This document shows positions 1 through 10,387 of a stretch of 38,937 nucleotides of DNA, in pieces; the first letter of the stretch is position 1, and each line of letters opens with the position of its first letter. The notes under the pieces were generated by a model, which saw only the letters and a list, made by a program, of their open reading frames with translations, was not told the DNA's origin and did no database searches. The translations under genes were made by a program, and so were the position numbers. The DNA comes from Polymyxa betae A26-41 (lineage: Eukaryota; Protista; Endomyxa: Phytomyxea), in assembly GCA_003693705.1 (NCBI GenBank), contig RBZT01000514.1, forward strand, positions 1-38,937. The letters run 5' to 3'.

Positions 1-259
1 ACAAACTGAAAATTATAAAATTCTTTTAAAGGAAATGAGACTAACAAATGACATTTATAATATAAATAGTTATAATAACGTTCTTGATTTAGGAACGACA
101 AGTATAACTATACCAGAAAATCAATATAATGCGACCCAGTTTATTGATTACATCAATGATAAAGATAGCGTCTCATTATCAATAACTGCTTCTTATGATA
201 GTCAATCACGAAAATTATTATTTCATAATAACACTGGAACCAATTACACATTAACATAG
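1..259 (+). mobile_element. Endogenous viral fragment: partial minor capsid (penton) gene of Polinton-like virus/virophage type, open at the left edge
   Basis: Frame open from nt 2: QTENYKILLKEMRLTNDIYNINSYNNVLDLGTTSITIPENQYNATQFIDYIN...ITASYDSQSRKLLF. This follows the penton pattern Y-x-hhL...N-x-hYNI-x3-NN...ITIP-x-(G/N)-xY...h-x-Y-hN...(Y)D-x3-K-h-x-F. No introns. GC about 26% over nt 1-240 (62/240 counted), with a sharp switch at about 259. Confidence 0.65.
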
Positions 260-1560
260 GACGACCGTACGATCGATTTCGTACGCGACACGATATCAGC
301 TGGGGTTTTATTGGCGATCCATCTAACAGTGTTCAACCATTCATGGAGAGCCCATTCGTCCTCTTCACAAGATAATTCAGCATATTTGCCTGGAAAAATG
401 ATACTCGAGAGCAGGTTTCTTTTACATGCAATTCATCTCTTGGTTTTGGGTTCGTCATCCTGCCTAAGAACAGTTCAACTGCCTTCGATTATGGAAATGC
501 AACTTCATGCAGGCTAAAGCCAGCCTGCGTGATTATGGAAGCTTGTTCAGGCTGATTCCAGGCTGTAGGTAGGTTGAAGTTTGCATGGGAGTTGGCCGGT
601 TACAAGCTTTGATCCTTTCTAACAGACCTTAGCAGCTAAATCACTTTCAGCTTGTGGAATCAGAAGGAATGATTCTATGTTGCAAACGATCAGCGTCGAT
701 AAACAGTACAAGAATTGATTACAATGAATCTCTCTTTGATAGCTTTCCAAAGTCTTCGCTCCATGCCTATCAAAGCATCAATGGATGCTTGCAGAACTTG
801 ATGATCGCTTGGTCTCCATACGATCCCCATCTTAACCATTCCGCGTATTCATTTCCAAACAATAATGCAAATTAGAGCCTATTTCAAGCCAAATACGCAA
901 CAAACACCATCTTGGAACTTAATGCCAACTAATGCAGCACGAACTAAACCCGGCCACTATAAGTGAAGAGGAGCTCGACCTCACCGGCGTATGGCAAAAT
1001 CCCAGCTAAAGATGAGCAGGGTTGGTATCGCACCTTGCTCATCCCATACAATAGAATCCTGCTGACCTGTTGGGCGACAGTTAACAAACAGACAACATAT
1101 CTGATCAGATAGAATGACCTCGTTCTTATCATCGATCGATTCAGAAGCCCCAGCTTGTCACAATGGGCATCCCATTCACCTCTTGATTATTGAAGGCGTC
1201 TATTTAGGCCATCGTGATAGGCTGAGAGCACCATTGTTGCTACCTTCATGATGTTAGAGAAAGAAGAAGGCAGGTTTTATGGAGAGCAATGAACTGACAA
1301 AGAGAGACGAGATTGGCCGTAGAACGATCGAAATCGATTGAAGCAAATGAGATCGATACACGCAGCAAGAATTCAAAACGTTCAGTTTGGCCATTATCGA
1401 CGATTTCATGTTGCTGAAAGTTCTGTCAACCAGTAAGCATTGTCAAGCGTTCTCGCTGTTAATAATGATTCCTGCAAGAATAAGTCTATAAAGGGTCGAC
1501 GCCATCACTACCTGTCGAGCGATCCTCTTCTACATGAACTTGCTTACATCATGGAATTGA
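260..1560 (-). pseudogene. Possible decayed protein-coding sequence, unassigned
   Basis: Minus-strand frames give protein-like stretches broken by stops (SSFSNIMKVATMVLSAYHDGLNRRLQ*SRGEWDAHCDKLGLL; GKYAELSCEEDEWALHEWLNTVRWIAN) and some GT..AG pairs, but no continuous model could be built. Confidence 0.2.
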
Positions 1561-1697
1561 ACCAAAACCCAACCAGGAAGTTCAGTAATTTACTTTAAAT
1601 ATTAACGGATTTCTGTAACACATATTTGAACTGTCAGCTATTTCCCTACAGAAATCCATTCAGGGAAAGTCGCGGCTTTTGAACCAGGCGATGATAA

Positions 1698-2373
1698 TTA
1701 CGGGTTCAAGGCGTTTTTTGATTCGATATCAAACTCCAGTATGTCGCAGTCAAGGTCGAGCTGTTGTGGCCCTGTAACAAGCGCTGATGACACAACCGAC
1801 GCCTGAGTCTTGCGATGCGTCTTCATATGAGTGACCAGATTCGATTTCTGCGAGAACTGTTTTCGACAAAGGCGGCATTCGAACGGCCTGTCGCCCGTGT
1901 GCGTCACCATGTGCGTCTTGAGATGATGTCGCTGGGCGAAACGTTTCTCGCAGATCTCGCAGACGACCGGCTTCTCCCCGGAATGGATACGAATGTGCGT
2001 CTTCAGATTACACAGCTGGCTGAACTGCTTGCGGCAGACTTCGCATTGGTACGGCCTGTCGCCGCTATGGACTCGCGAATGCGACGACAAATGGCTTCGT
2101 TGCGCGAAAGATTTGTTACAGACGTCGCAGAAGAACGGCTTCTCTCCGGTGTGAATACGAATATGCGTTCGAAGCACCGACGGGTACTTGAAGCTACGTT
2201 GGCAGTATTTGCAAACCAGCCCAGAGAACGAGATCAAGTCAGATGATCCCGAAACAGGTGTGAGCAAATCGACGGGAGACGGGACTGCGCCGCCCTCCTA
2301 TTCAAAGTCAGCATAGTCGAAATCCAATGACGAGCTAGATCCTTACCTCTTCATACTTGGTTGCGAAGCACAT
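1698..2373 (-). CDS. C2H2 zinc-finger protein, 5 tandem fingers (paralog of 14356..14937)
   Basis: Five C-x2-C-x12-H-x3-H fingers with TGEKP/SGDRP linkers. Exon 1 2373..2347 (MCFATKYEE), 49-nt GT-AG intron 2346..2298, exon 2 in frame with ORF 1698..2267. Confidence 0.93.
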
Positions 2374-2686
2374 GACAATGGCCAGCAAATACAGGCACCA
2401 ATAAATCAATTACGAAGCCGACCTTCAAATAGAAAAGACACGGTATATCGATGTGCGCGGCACAGTGTCCGTGGGAGAAACCGATCCGAAAGCGGCTATA
2501 CCGTCGCTGAGTCGAATGATAACGATATAGGACTGGGCCTGGGAGGAGCAGCCCCCAGTCACCGTGGAAGAAAACTTTATGCGGCGGAAGCGACGCGACC
2601 TCCTCGCGCGACTTGACAGATCAGACCAGAGCGTTCTAGTTAGTCAAACTTGAACCTTGGTGGTGATTGGTCGAGGCGGTCCTGGG

Positions 2687-3626
2687 ATGAGCTCGGCAAC
2701 GTCGTTGGTCCGTCGCTCGTACGTAACCGCCGCGTTCGTTCGAAATTTCGCTGCGGATCGATCCTGTGACGAGAGGCAGGTTGTTGGTTGACTGTCACAT
2801 AGTGAAAGTTTCTACTCCAAACCGAGCCGAAACTGTTGAAACGCCCAGCGGCCCTACCCGCTTCTTTCAGCGTGTGGTCATACTCACTTTATTGTCGAGC
2901 TACTTACCGTACTTCTCCGAAGTCCAATAGCAATACAGCATCAAATTCGACGACCAGGTATTCAAGATTCACGACTATGGCATCGGGGCAATTCTGTTAT
3001 CGAAGTTGCCCCCTCTTTGCTAAGTCGTTGACATTCTGACGGATCAAGAATGTTTCAGCTGATTTTATCAGAGAATAAACTCAAAAGATTTTTAGACAAG
3101 GTCGAACGCGATTTTTGTTCACGCAAAACGGTCGCACAAATTTAATCGCGGCAGACTCTGGGATTCTTGCAATAGTTCCGCAGCAATCTGGGATGTTATC
3201 GAATCGTTAAAGATTGAGTAACTATCACTTACAGAATTTTCACAGCATTCGCTGACGTTTGACATTCAAAAGCATTGAAAATGAACTGCGCATTTTAGTT
3301 TTTTAGTCAGAAAATGACGAAACCAAATGAGTCGTGATAGAAATTGATGAAACCTTTACCTTTCAGCGGCCTGTCTGACTTTGGCCTTTCTTATCATTTT
3401 CGTTGCTAGTGAATGAGTCAACACAACCGCGAAACACAAACGACCCGGAAAGAGAACAGGATTTTGAAGCTGAAAAAATGAATTTGAATTCGTTAAGCAT
3501 GAATCACAACCACGTATGTACTTCCTCAAATCAAGTCAGTCGTATTGCTAGATTCTTCATCAAACTAGCGGTGTGGAGTCAGAATATAAGGCCATCTTTG
3601 AAGGGCAAATATTTGAATGCCAATGA
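2687..3626 (+). pseudogene. SPO16: SPO16/PTD (C1orf146)-like ERCC1-type meiotic ZZS subunit, apparently disrupted
   Basis: Spliced model (introns 2719-2779, 2877-2930, 3005-3048, 3131-3175, 3218-3272) gives ...RSLLVDCHIV...FQRVQYSIKFDDQVFKIHDYGIGAILLSK...NKLKRFLDK/RSNAIFVHAKRSAAIWDVIESLKIDIENELRILVF*. This is colinear with human SPO16 as recalled ([26 protein letters not shown]...KIEKFINIHQNSFLVL...[23 protein letters not shown]). It needs a frameshift near 3100 and has in-frame stops at 3304 and 3328. The 3' end is uncertain. Confidence 0.6.
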
Positions 3627-3784
3627 GAATGTTTTACATAAATATGTTCCCATTCAAACCTTGCGATCGTATTATGAATACAGACAGAACGGATATGTCG
3701 GTACGATAAATTGGTCTGGAGACGGTTGCTGCACACTTGGCCATTGATGAAATCATTGTGTCAACACGATACAGAAGCAAGCAT

Positions 3785-4015
3785 GAAAGATAAACCCAAG
3801 CTCCAACACACAAGGTGAATGATCGTTATGCAGAAGAAGGGGAAGATTGGGCAATAGCGCCATATAGTATTGACCAGAGGCATGCGGCGTCCCTATCAGG
3901 AAAGATAAACCCCAAGCTCCAACACACAAGGTGAATGATCGTTATGCAGAGGAAGGGGAAGATTGGGCAATAGCGCCATATAGTATTGACCAGAGGCATC
4001 CGGCGTCTCTATCAG
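3785..4015. repeat. Tandem duplication, 2 x about 115 bp
   Basis: 3785-3899 and 3900-4015 (GAAAGATAAACCC...CTATCAG), differing by one indel and a few substitutions. Confidence 0.95.
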
Positions 4016-4047
4016 ATGAAGGTCTTGGGTAACATAGACACTGCTTG

Positions 4048-4107
4048 CTCATGAGGGCATTCCCATCTCATCTCTCCCTCATGAGGACATTCCCATCTCA
4101 TCTCTCC
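4048..4107. repeat. Tandem duplication, 2 x 30 bp
   Basis: CTCATGAGG(G/A)CATTCCCATCTCATCTCTCC twice, ending 4 nt before the SHOC1 ATG. Confidence 0.95.
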
Positions 4108-4111
4108 AGAG

Positions 4112-7100
4112 ATGGTGACGTTTAACTGGTCAGCGCCACTAGGTCGCTCTCTTCGCCAGCGTCAGATTATTGATGTGTTACCGTATCCCAGCATCCAGGA
4201 TTCTATAATCGAATGCCGACATGATCAGTCTTTGGAATTGGAAGAATTTGAGATTGACATATCTTTCATTACTTTCAATGGTGATATTTCACATGTGTTT
4301 ACTTCTATGCAAGAAAAAACATGTGAGGATATAACATTCGAAGATCAAAACATCGAATGTGATGACGAGGACATTTTGATGTTGGATGAGCCAATTCTAA
4401 AGGACGCTTTAGAAAGCTGCAAGGGCTTCGTCGATGCAGGAAATTTCAACTTTGTTGAGCATCTCAAAGAGAATTCTGAGAATGACGGCGACAGCCTGAA
4501 CTTTAAGGATTTGCTTCCAGCTTCCAATCGTACCTTCTTCAACATCGACTTCCATTTAGAAACAAAGCTGGAAATTCAAGATACTGCTGCTGAAATCAGA
4601 ACCTTGCAAGAGCCCGTTTTTCTCGATAAAACGCCGGAAGTTCTGCAAGCGATACCGGGCTTGGAAGAGCAGGAAATCGACTCAATCACATTCAATAATG
4701 ATGCCTCAACATCATTTGCTTTCGCTTTCGGCATTATCGCTGATCAAGAGTCACCTTCAGGCGACTATGAGATTCAAGCACTGATCGACGAAGGTTTAGA
4801 CAATGAGGTTGTTGCAATTGAAGAAGTTATTTTTCCACCATATTTCAGTTCCATTCTCCAAAACCAATGGTTAAATATCGAGCCAGAGATTGATATGATA
4901 GAAACCGGGCGGAGCTTTCCTCAGGCGATCATACTAAGCCCAGCAGATTATCATCGATTACTGAAGCGAATATTCGTCAAGATACAGGTCATTTTCCTTA
5001 ATCGGTTTTCATGCTCTGCAATGTTTCGTATTAATATTTTTACCTGTAGTTCTACAATCCGGCCACTCCTGAACTGCTTGACGTTCCTGATCTCCCAACT
5101 GCTGTACAGCAGTATGTCGGTCCTATCGAACAGTTTCAACTCCATTCTATACCTGCTGCTGGATTTGATCTGAAATCGATTCTCGCCGATCCATACTTCA
5201 CGTCATGTACTGAAGCACAGGTTCTTCAAAGAATCATCCAAGAACTAAAGCAATGCCTGCCGAAGCGTTCGGTGCCTTTTTGTAATCGACCCGAAAGGAT
5301 ATTTGAAGAATTCGAAAACGAATCGAGCGATCGATTCTTTGCGCCTTTACTCCAAGTCGCAGATCATGCCAGTCCTTCTGCTGGCACTTGTCGTAGTCGT
5401 TCTTTGGTATCTCCATGCTCTTTTGCTCAAGTACGTGGCTCTGTACAAATATCGCCGAAACCAGTAAACAATGATCTGTCCATACATTGCCAGTCCAGTC
5501 GTAAAGCAAAGAAACCCAAGCACCACACTCTGGATGATTTCATTGCATTAACCACAATGCCGAAAATCATTGCCGAAGCTCCAGCCATTTCTGCAAGAAT
5601 TGAAGTAAGCTCTTGATAAAGCAAGGTTTCATCGCGTGCTGAAAAACTTGCCCTCAGGACATCAAAATCGGCCGAAGTAATGCGATTTCAGATGCAGTAG
5701 ACCTATTTCGCTATGCTGCCTTACCTTGTACCGAAAACTTGCAAATGGCTAACTATCTTCAGCCAGATGATTCTTTATTCAGAGTGACTGCAGAATGTTC
5801 TAAGAACCTATTCAAGCGGGTTTTGTCTCGACTGCGTCAATTTGATCGGAATGACGTCAAACTGTTCAACGACCTGTGCGATATCGCCCAGAGTGCTCTT
5901 GTCTTCGCTACCTTGAGACGTCTCGTCGATGTATTAATCTTTTCGGGAATCACCCTTTGCCTAAAGCAGCTCCACTTCGAGATGCGAAGAACAGAATTAC
6001 AAACGATATTGAGGTTCCACTTGAACTCCCATTGGACGGGAACGTTTCAAGAGCTATGCTCCAGGTTGGAATTGCTATTCCAAGAAGTTTGTCAAGGAGA
6101 CATCCATGATCATCCGAAGATCGATTTCTTGCTTGAACAAAGAGATCCTGGCTCTATTGTTTTAGTCAATACTAGAGCCCTTGTTCCGATATTGTTAGTT
6201 TCGCTTTCAAGCATAGGTAATATTTACAAGTCTTTGATTCCAGCATCTCATGCTTGCTTCAGATCCGCAGCTAAACATAGTTGCATATGATGAGCATATC
6301 GACGACCTCATGGGAATTGATTTTCTGCTTGCTTATCAGGAAGAAATTTATCGCCATGATAAGTTTCCCTGGTCATCTTTTAGGAAAGTTATTTTCTACG
6401 ATGTAAAAGGTCGGTCTTGTCTCGAAACTTATTGACTCGAGAGTAGGGTGAACCCAAAATTCGGGGAGAATACTTGCAAGAGTTAATCGAAGATGGACGA
6501 ATATCTAGCATAGTGTTACAAGTTGATGAGAAGCAATACGAGTCTTCTAGCTCATCAGAAACTGAAAAGCATTCTGTTAGCTTATCCACAAATCGATACA
6601 TCATTGCTTGTGCAAGCATTACAGAACAGGTATGCTATTCCTATTTTCAGATCATCTTCAAAAAAATTTCGTCGTTGAATAGCGAAGTGCTGCTTGATTT
6701 GGTTAAGTGAAATCGCAGAACCTCGACATTTGTGAAGGCTTGCTTGCGCAAAGACCAGATCTTGAAATCGTTTGGCGCGAAAAGAACATTCCTGACATGT
6801 CATTTATAACAGGCATATCGTCGATCGTGATTTTGACTGCCATCCCTGGAACAGATGAAGCTGAATCGTTTATTTCATCGATTAGCGATCTCTACGTTCA
6901 GTACCAAAACGTCACTCTAATTGTCATTCACGATGCAGATTCCGTTGTTCAACCAGACTTCGTCCAAGTTCAAATGTGGTTCGCTGCAGGTCTAGCAAGT
7001 TCAAGAGTAGGGTTCCTGTGCGAACTTATATTCGTCACTACTCTCGAAGAGATCATCAAAATATTGTGCAATGATGTATCTGATCAAGCGCCGATGTACG

Positions 7101-7557
7101 ACATCGCGCCTACCCCCTCTGAACAGGAAATGTTTCTTTCCTCGTTTCCATCAATCAACCCAGCTGTGGCTTCAGAAATGATGCAACGTGCTCACAGCTT
7201 GACAAGACTGCTTTCCGCTTCATTAACTGAATTGAAGTCGTGGTTCCCAGATCTCAATCCGGTAATATACAGTTCCTTTGCCATTACAATACGCTAATAC
7301 GATTGCAATAGATTTCAATAGAGCTGTTCTACAATCTCAGCCATGCAGAATTCGAGCAACCTCCACTGGCTGTCGTCAGGACCAAGTTGACACCGCCGAA
7401 TTTACCTGCTACTCAAAGTTTTACCAGCGGCGGGTCTAGACGCTCTCCTGAACGTTCCGGATCCGGAAGTAAGCGAAGGAAACCGCCCAGCAATAATCAT
7501 ACGCTGGAGGATTATTGGGGACCCCCTTCGAAGAAATCTTCGGCGGCCCGAACATAA
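4112..7557 (+). CDS. SHOC1: SHOC1/ZIP2-like XPF-domain meiotic crossover protein (about 1033 aa, 7 exons)
   Basis: Exons 4112-4987, 5050-5604, 5658-6216, 6263-6402, 6447-6629, 6719-7261 and 7312-7557 join in frame through GT-AG introns. The C-terminal region has a degenerate XPF fold (IIACAS...LEIVWRE..PD) followed by the SHOC1-type HhH signature EMFLSSFPSINPAVASEMM...SLTRLL...ISIELF. The true 5' end could be further upstream. Confidence 0.8.
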
Positions 7558-7673
7558 TCAAGCATGCAATGCATAGTTATTTATCATCACAGCGTTTTTT
7601 ATCTTGATATACATAAGAGATGGCATCGATCGAATCCTGCAATGATGATATCGGTTTCACAGACGAAAAGACA

Positions 7674-8790
7674 TTAGCTGCTTACCTGTGAGATGCCGTT
7701 ATCTGCTGCGAATTTTTCAACCGGGACTAATCGCATTTGCCCATCTTCATCGTAGCTTGACACGCTCTGCGATGGATCAGCGCCATAGCGTAGCAGTAAG
7801 CTAACAATAGCAAATGAACGCTGTCTCAAGATTGCAATTTGCAGTGGACAATGCCGTTCCTCGTCTAGTTTATTCGGATCACAACCTGCCATGGCAAATA
7901 AGCGACGTTCTGACGATACGATCTAAAAACCATTTTGCAATAGTGATTCTACAATCTGAAGCGATGCGGAAATTGAGATAGCATAATGCAGTGGATCGCG
8001 ACGCTTCACATTTTGAAGCTCGATTCCATGAGTAATTACACATTGTAAAACCTGAGCGTCATCATATTTGATGGCCTCAAATAGCAACTGCTCCAGAATC
8101 GTTCTGGCTTGATCTTCAAGGTCATACAAACGAGCTATCACCATCAAACTCGATTCTTTCGCACTTGGCGATCGTTGAGGCTTGACATTTCGCTGCAATA
8201 GCGCCGATATGTAAGGACGGGAATGAACCATATTTAATGCCAAATCAAGCAAAGAGCCATCTCGGAAAGCCCTGTGCGGTTCTGCTCCAGCACACAGCAG
8301 TCTCTCAACCACACTTGCTGCCCTCCTGTAATGAACCACAACCTGAATCCGGCTCAGTTGTGATTTGCTGTGCTAAAACATTTCGCAACCGCCAAAGGAA
8401 AATTGCCATCAGCATCGGTGTGTTCGAGATCAGCCCCTGTCATCAACATTAAGGCATCTTCATGAAAGCAACAGACAATCACATAACCCGAAATTGGACG
8501 AAATCTAATCCTAATTATTCCACAATAACAATGCTACGTCAAGATAATGGAAAAATCTCAATAGAAAAAAGTCTTAATTCAATTTCAAAAGCACATGCAA
8601 GCGATCCAACCTTCAGCAATCGCACTATCTACAGCATCATCCAATTCAGAAGGCCATATCCCGAAGCACGTTCTCCCATCGCAGACTCGCGATCGATTGC
8701 CCTTCAGTAGGTCCAGTAAACGATAGGATGCGGTGTGCTGCAATCCTTGACGTTGTCGTCGCCGCTGCCGTACGATCTTCACGACTTCGT
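7674..8790 (-). CDS. Ankyrin-repeat protein (multi-exon, 5' end uncertain)
   Basis: GADLEHTDADGNFPLA|VVV...VERLLCAGAEP, DPLHYAISISASLQIVESLLQNG, and CDPNKLDEERHCPLQIAI...IVSLLLRYGADP. Confidence 0.8.
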
Positions 8791-9313
8791 TATGACTATT
8801 GCCGTTCTCAAATCGTACAGATTCTGGACGTTTTTGTACAACAACCCGATTATCAAGCTGGAATTCTGTTCTGAGGCGATGATTTTAACGAAAGCTGGAT
8901 CTCATACGATATCGTCAACAGTCAATGCGCCGTCCTTAATTGTCGTATCTGGGCGAGGCGGCGAGCGGCAGATGGTACGCAAGGGCCAGCGTCGGCCAAC
9001 GGCTTGGTCGAATGGGTCGACTCGCCGGGTCTGGGTTGTTGAACCCAGCCGCCTCCCGTACATTCGTCTTGATATGGTTATGCCGCAGCCGCTCTAACTC
9101 GACATTTCACTATCATCGGCTCCGGTCTCTGTAACATTCACATCGAAACAAATCATACTGCCGACGACAAAAAAATCTTTTAAAAGTCGCGATATTCATT
9201 TTTCATGCAGCAGCGGTCAGGAGATAAATGCCAGAGGGAACGAAACCCTAAAAGAAGACGTTTTCCCGGCACGCGCTTACAATTGATCGTCATAAGGTTT
9301 CATAGCTCTAATC

Positions 9314-10364
9314 ATGGCATCCAAGGACAAAAAGAAGAAAAAAACGGATGGCAATGAAATAGGATATTGAACGTCATTCATTCGATAAACAAAGTGGCTA
9401 GACTAATATGTTTTTACAGTAAATGCTTCATTATCATTCCTGGCCGATTTCTACCACGAGATTGTCAAGAAGCAAGGCGGCGGCCCGAACGATTCGCTCC
9501 CACCTTGGATTGAATCGATCATGCAGCAATCCGACCCGAGCGCCATACAGGTCGGTACAAAGCCCCGCCGTCCTCTTGATTCCCTTCTGAAAGCGATCTT
9601 GGCATCAGGCAACCCTGGACGGCATCCTCGCCGACACCACCATCAAGACGCTTCGAGATTTCATCGCCGATCTGCCGTCCTCGAATCCGGCTGTGCCGTT
9701 ATACATTCGGTCCCTGCTGTTCTGGCGGGCAGTACGGCGCGAATCCCCGTCCTGGCTGGCGCTGCTGACGTGCTGGCCCGAATCGCGAGCCCTGATGAAC
9801 CTCGCTCGTCTGCATCTGTTCGATTGTAATCTGGGACCTGCATCGGTCGCAGTCCTCGCCCCATTTCTGCAACGAGCGCCGGCGCTTCGCGAGCTGAACC
9901 TCGACCATAATTCGGTACGCTTTTGCCCAACATAACTCGAAAGCAGCAACGTCACAATAACGTTGCCTCCAAGGAACTCGCCGACCCAAAAGCATACGCC
10001 GTACTGGTCCCGGCGCTGAGTCAGCTGCGGCACGCTGACCAAGCTCAGCCTGACCTATTGCCAGTTGCCGGAGGGCGCCAGTACGACGTTGGGCGCTCTG
10101 ATCGAGGGTGCCGTCGGCCTCGAGGAGCTTGATCTGGAGGGAAATCGTCTGCAAGACGGCGGTGCCCGCCATCTGGCCGAGGCCATCATCCGGAGCCAAC
10201 CCGACGCCCGTCTCCGCCTCCTCAACCTGTCCGATAACGGGCTGCAGGGCGCCGTACCGGTCCAGCTGGCGCTTCGGACTGCTGCCCAGACACGGCACGT
10301 CTGCATCGCCGTCCACGACGTGTTCCGATTCGATATGGTGGCGAGACCGACCCCAGACACGTGA
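9314..10364 (+). CDS. Ribonuclease-inhibitor-type LRR protein, with an apparent frameshift near 10020
   Basis: LARLHLFDCNLG, LRELNLDHN, LTKLSLTYCQL, LEELDLEGNRLQDGGARHLAEAI, LRLLNLSDNGL. Exons 9314-9350, 9420-9550, 9609-9914, 9974-. The first intron must start with GC. Confidence 0.8.
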
Positions 10365-10387
10365 GTGGGCCAGTACGGCAATGTTTA

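Noticed and set aside
1815-2246. 143-aa plus-strand ORF
   Set aside because: Antisense shadow of the zinc-finger CDS.
3403-3747. Stand-alone 114-aa gene
   Set aside because: Non-ATG start and contains a GTATGT donor. More likely 3' exon remnants of the SPO16-like gene.
3785-4107. Repeats as a CRISPR array or LTR pair
   Set aside because: Only two adjacent copies each, no spacers, no cas genes, no TG..CA ends or internal domain; eukaryotic context.
10361-10366. GTGAGT donor extending the LRR gene
   Set aside because: It would run antisense through PFDN4. The in-frame TGA is the simpler end.
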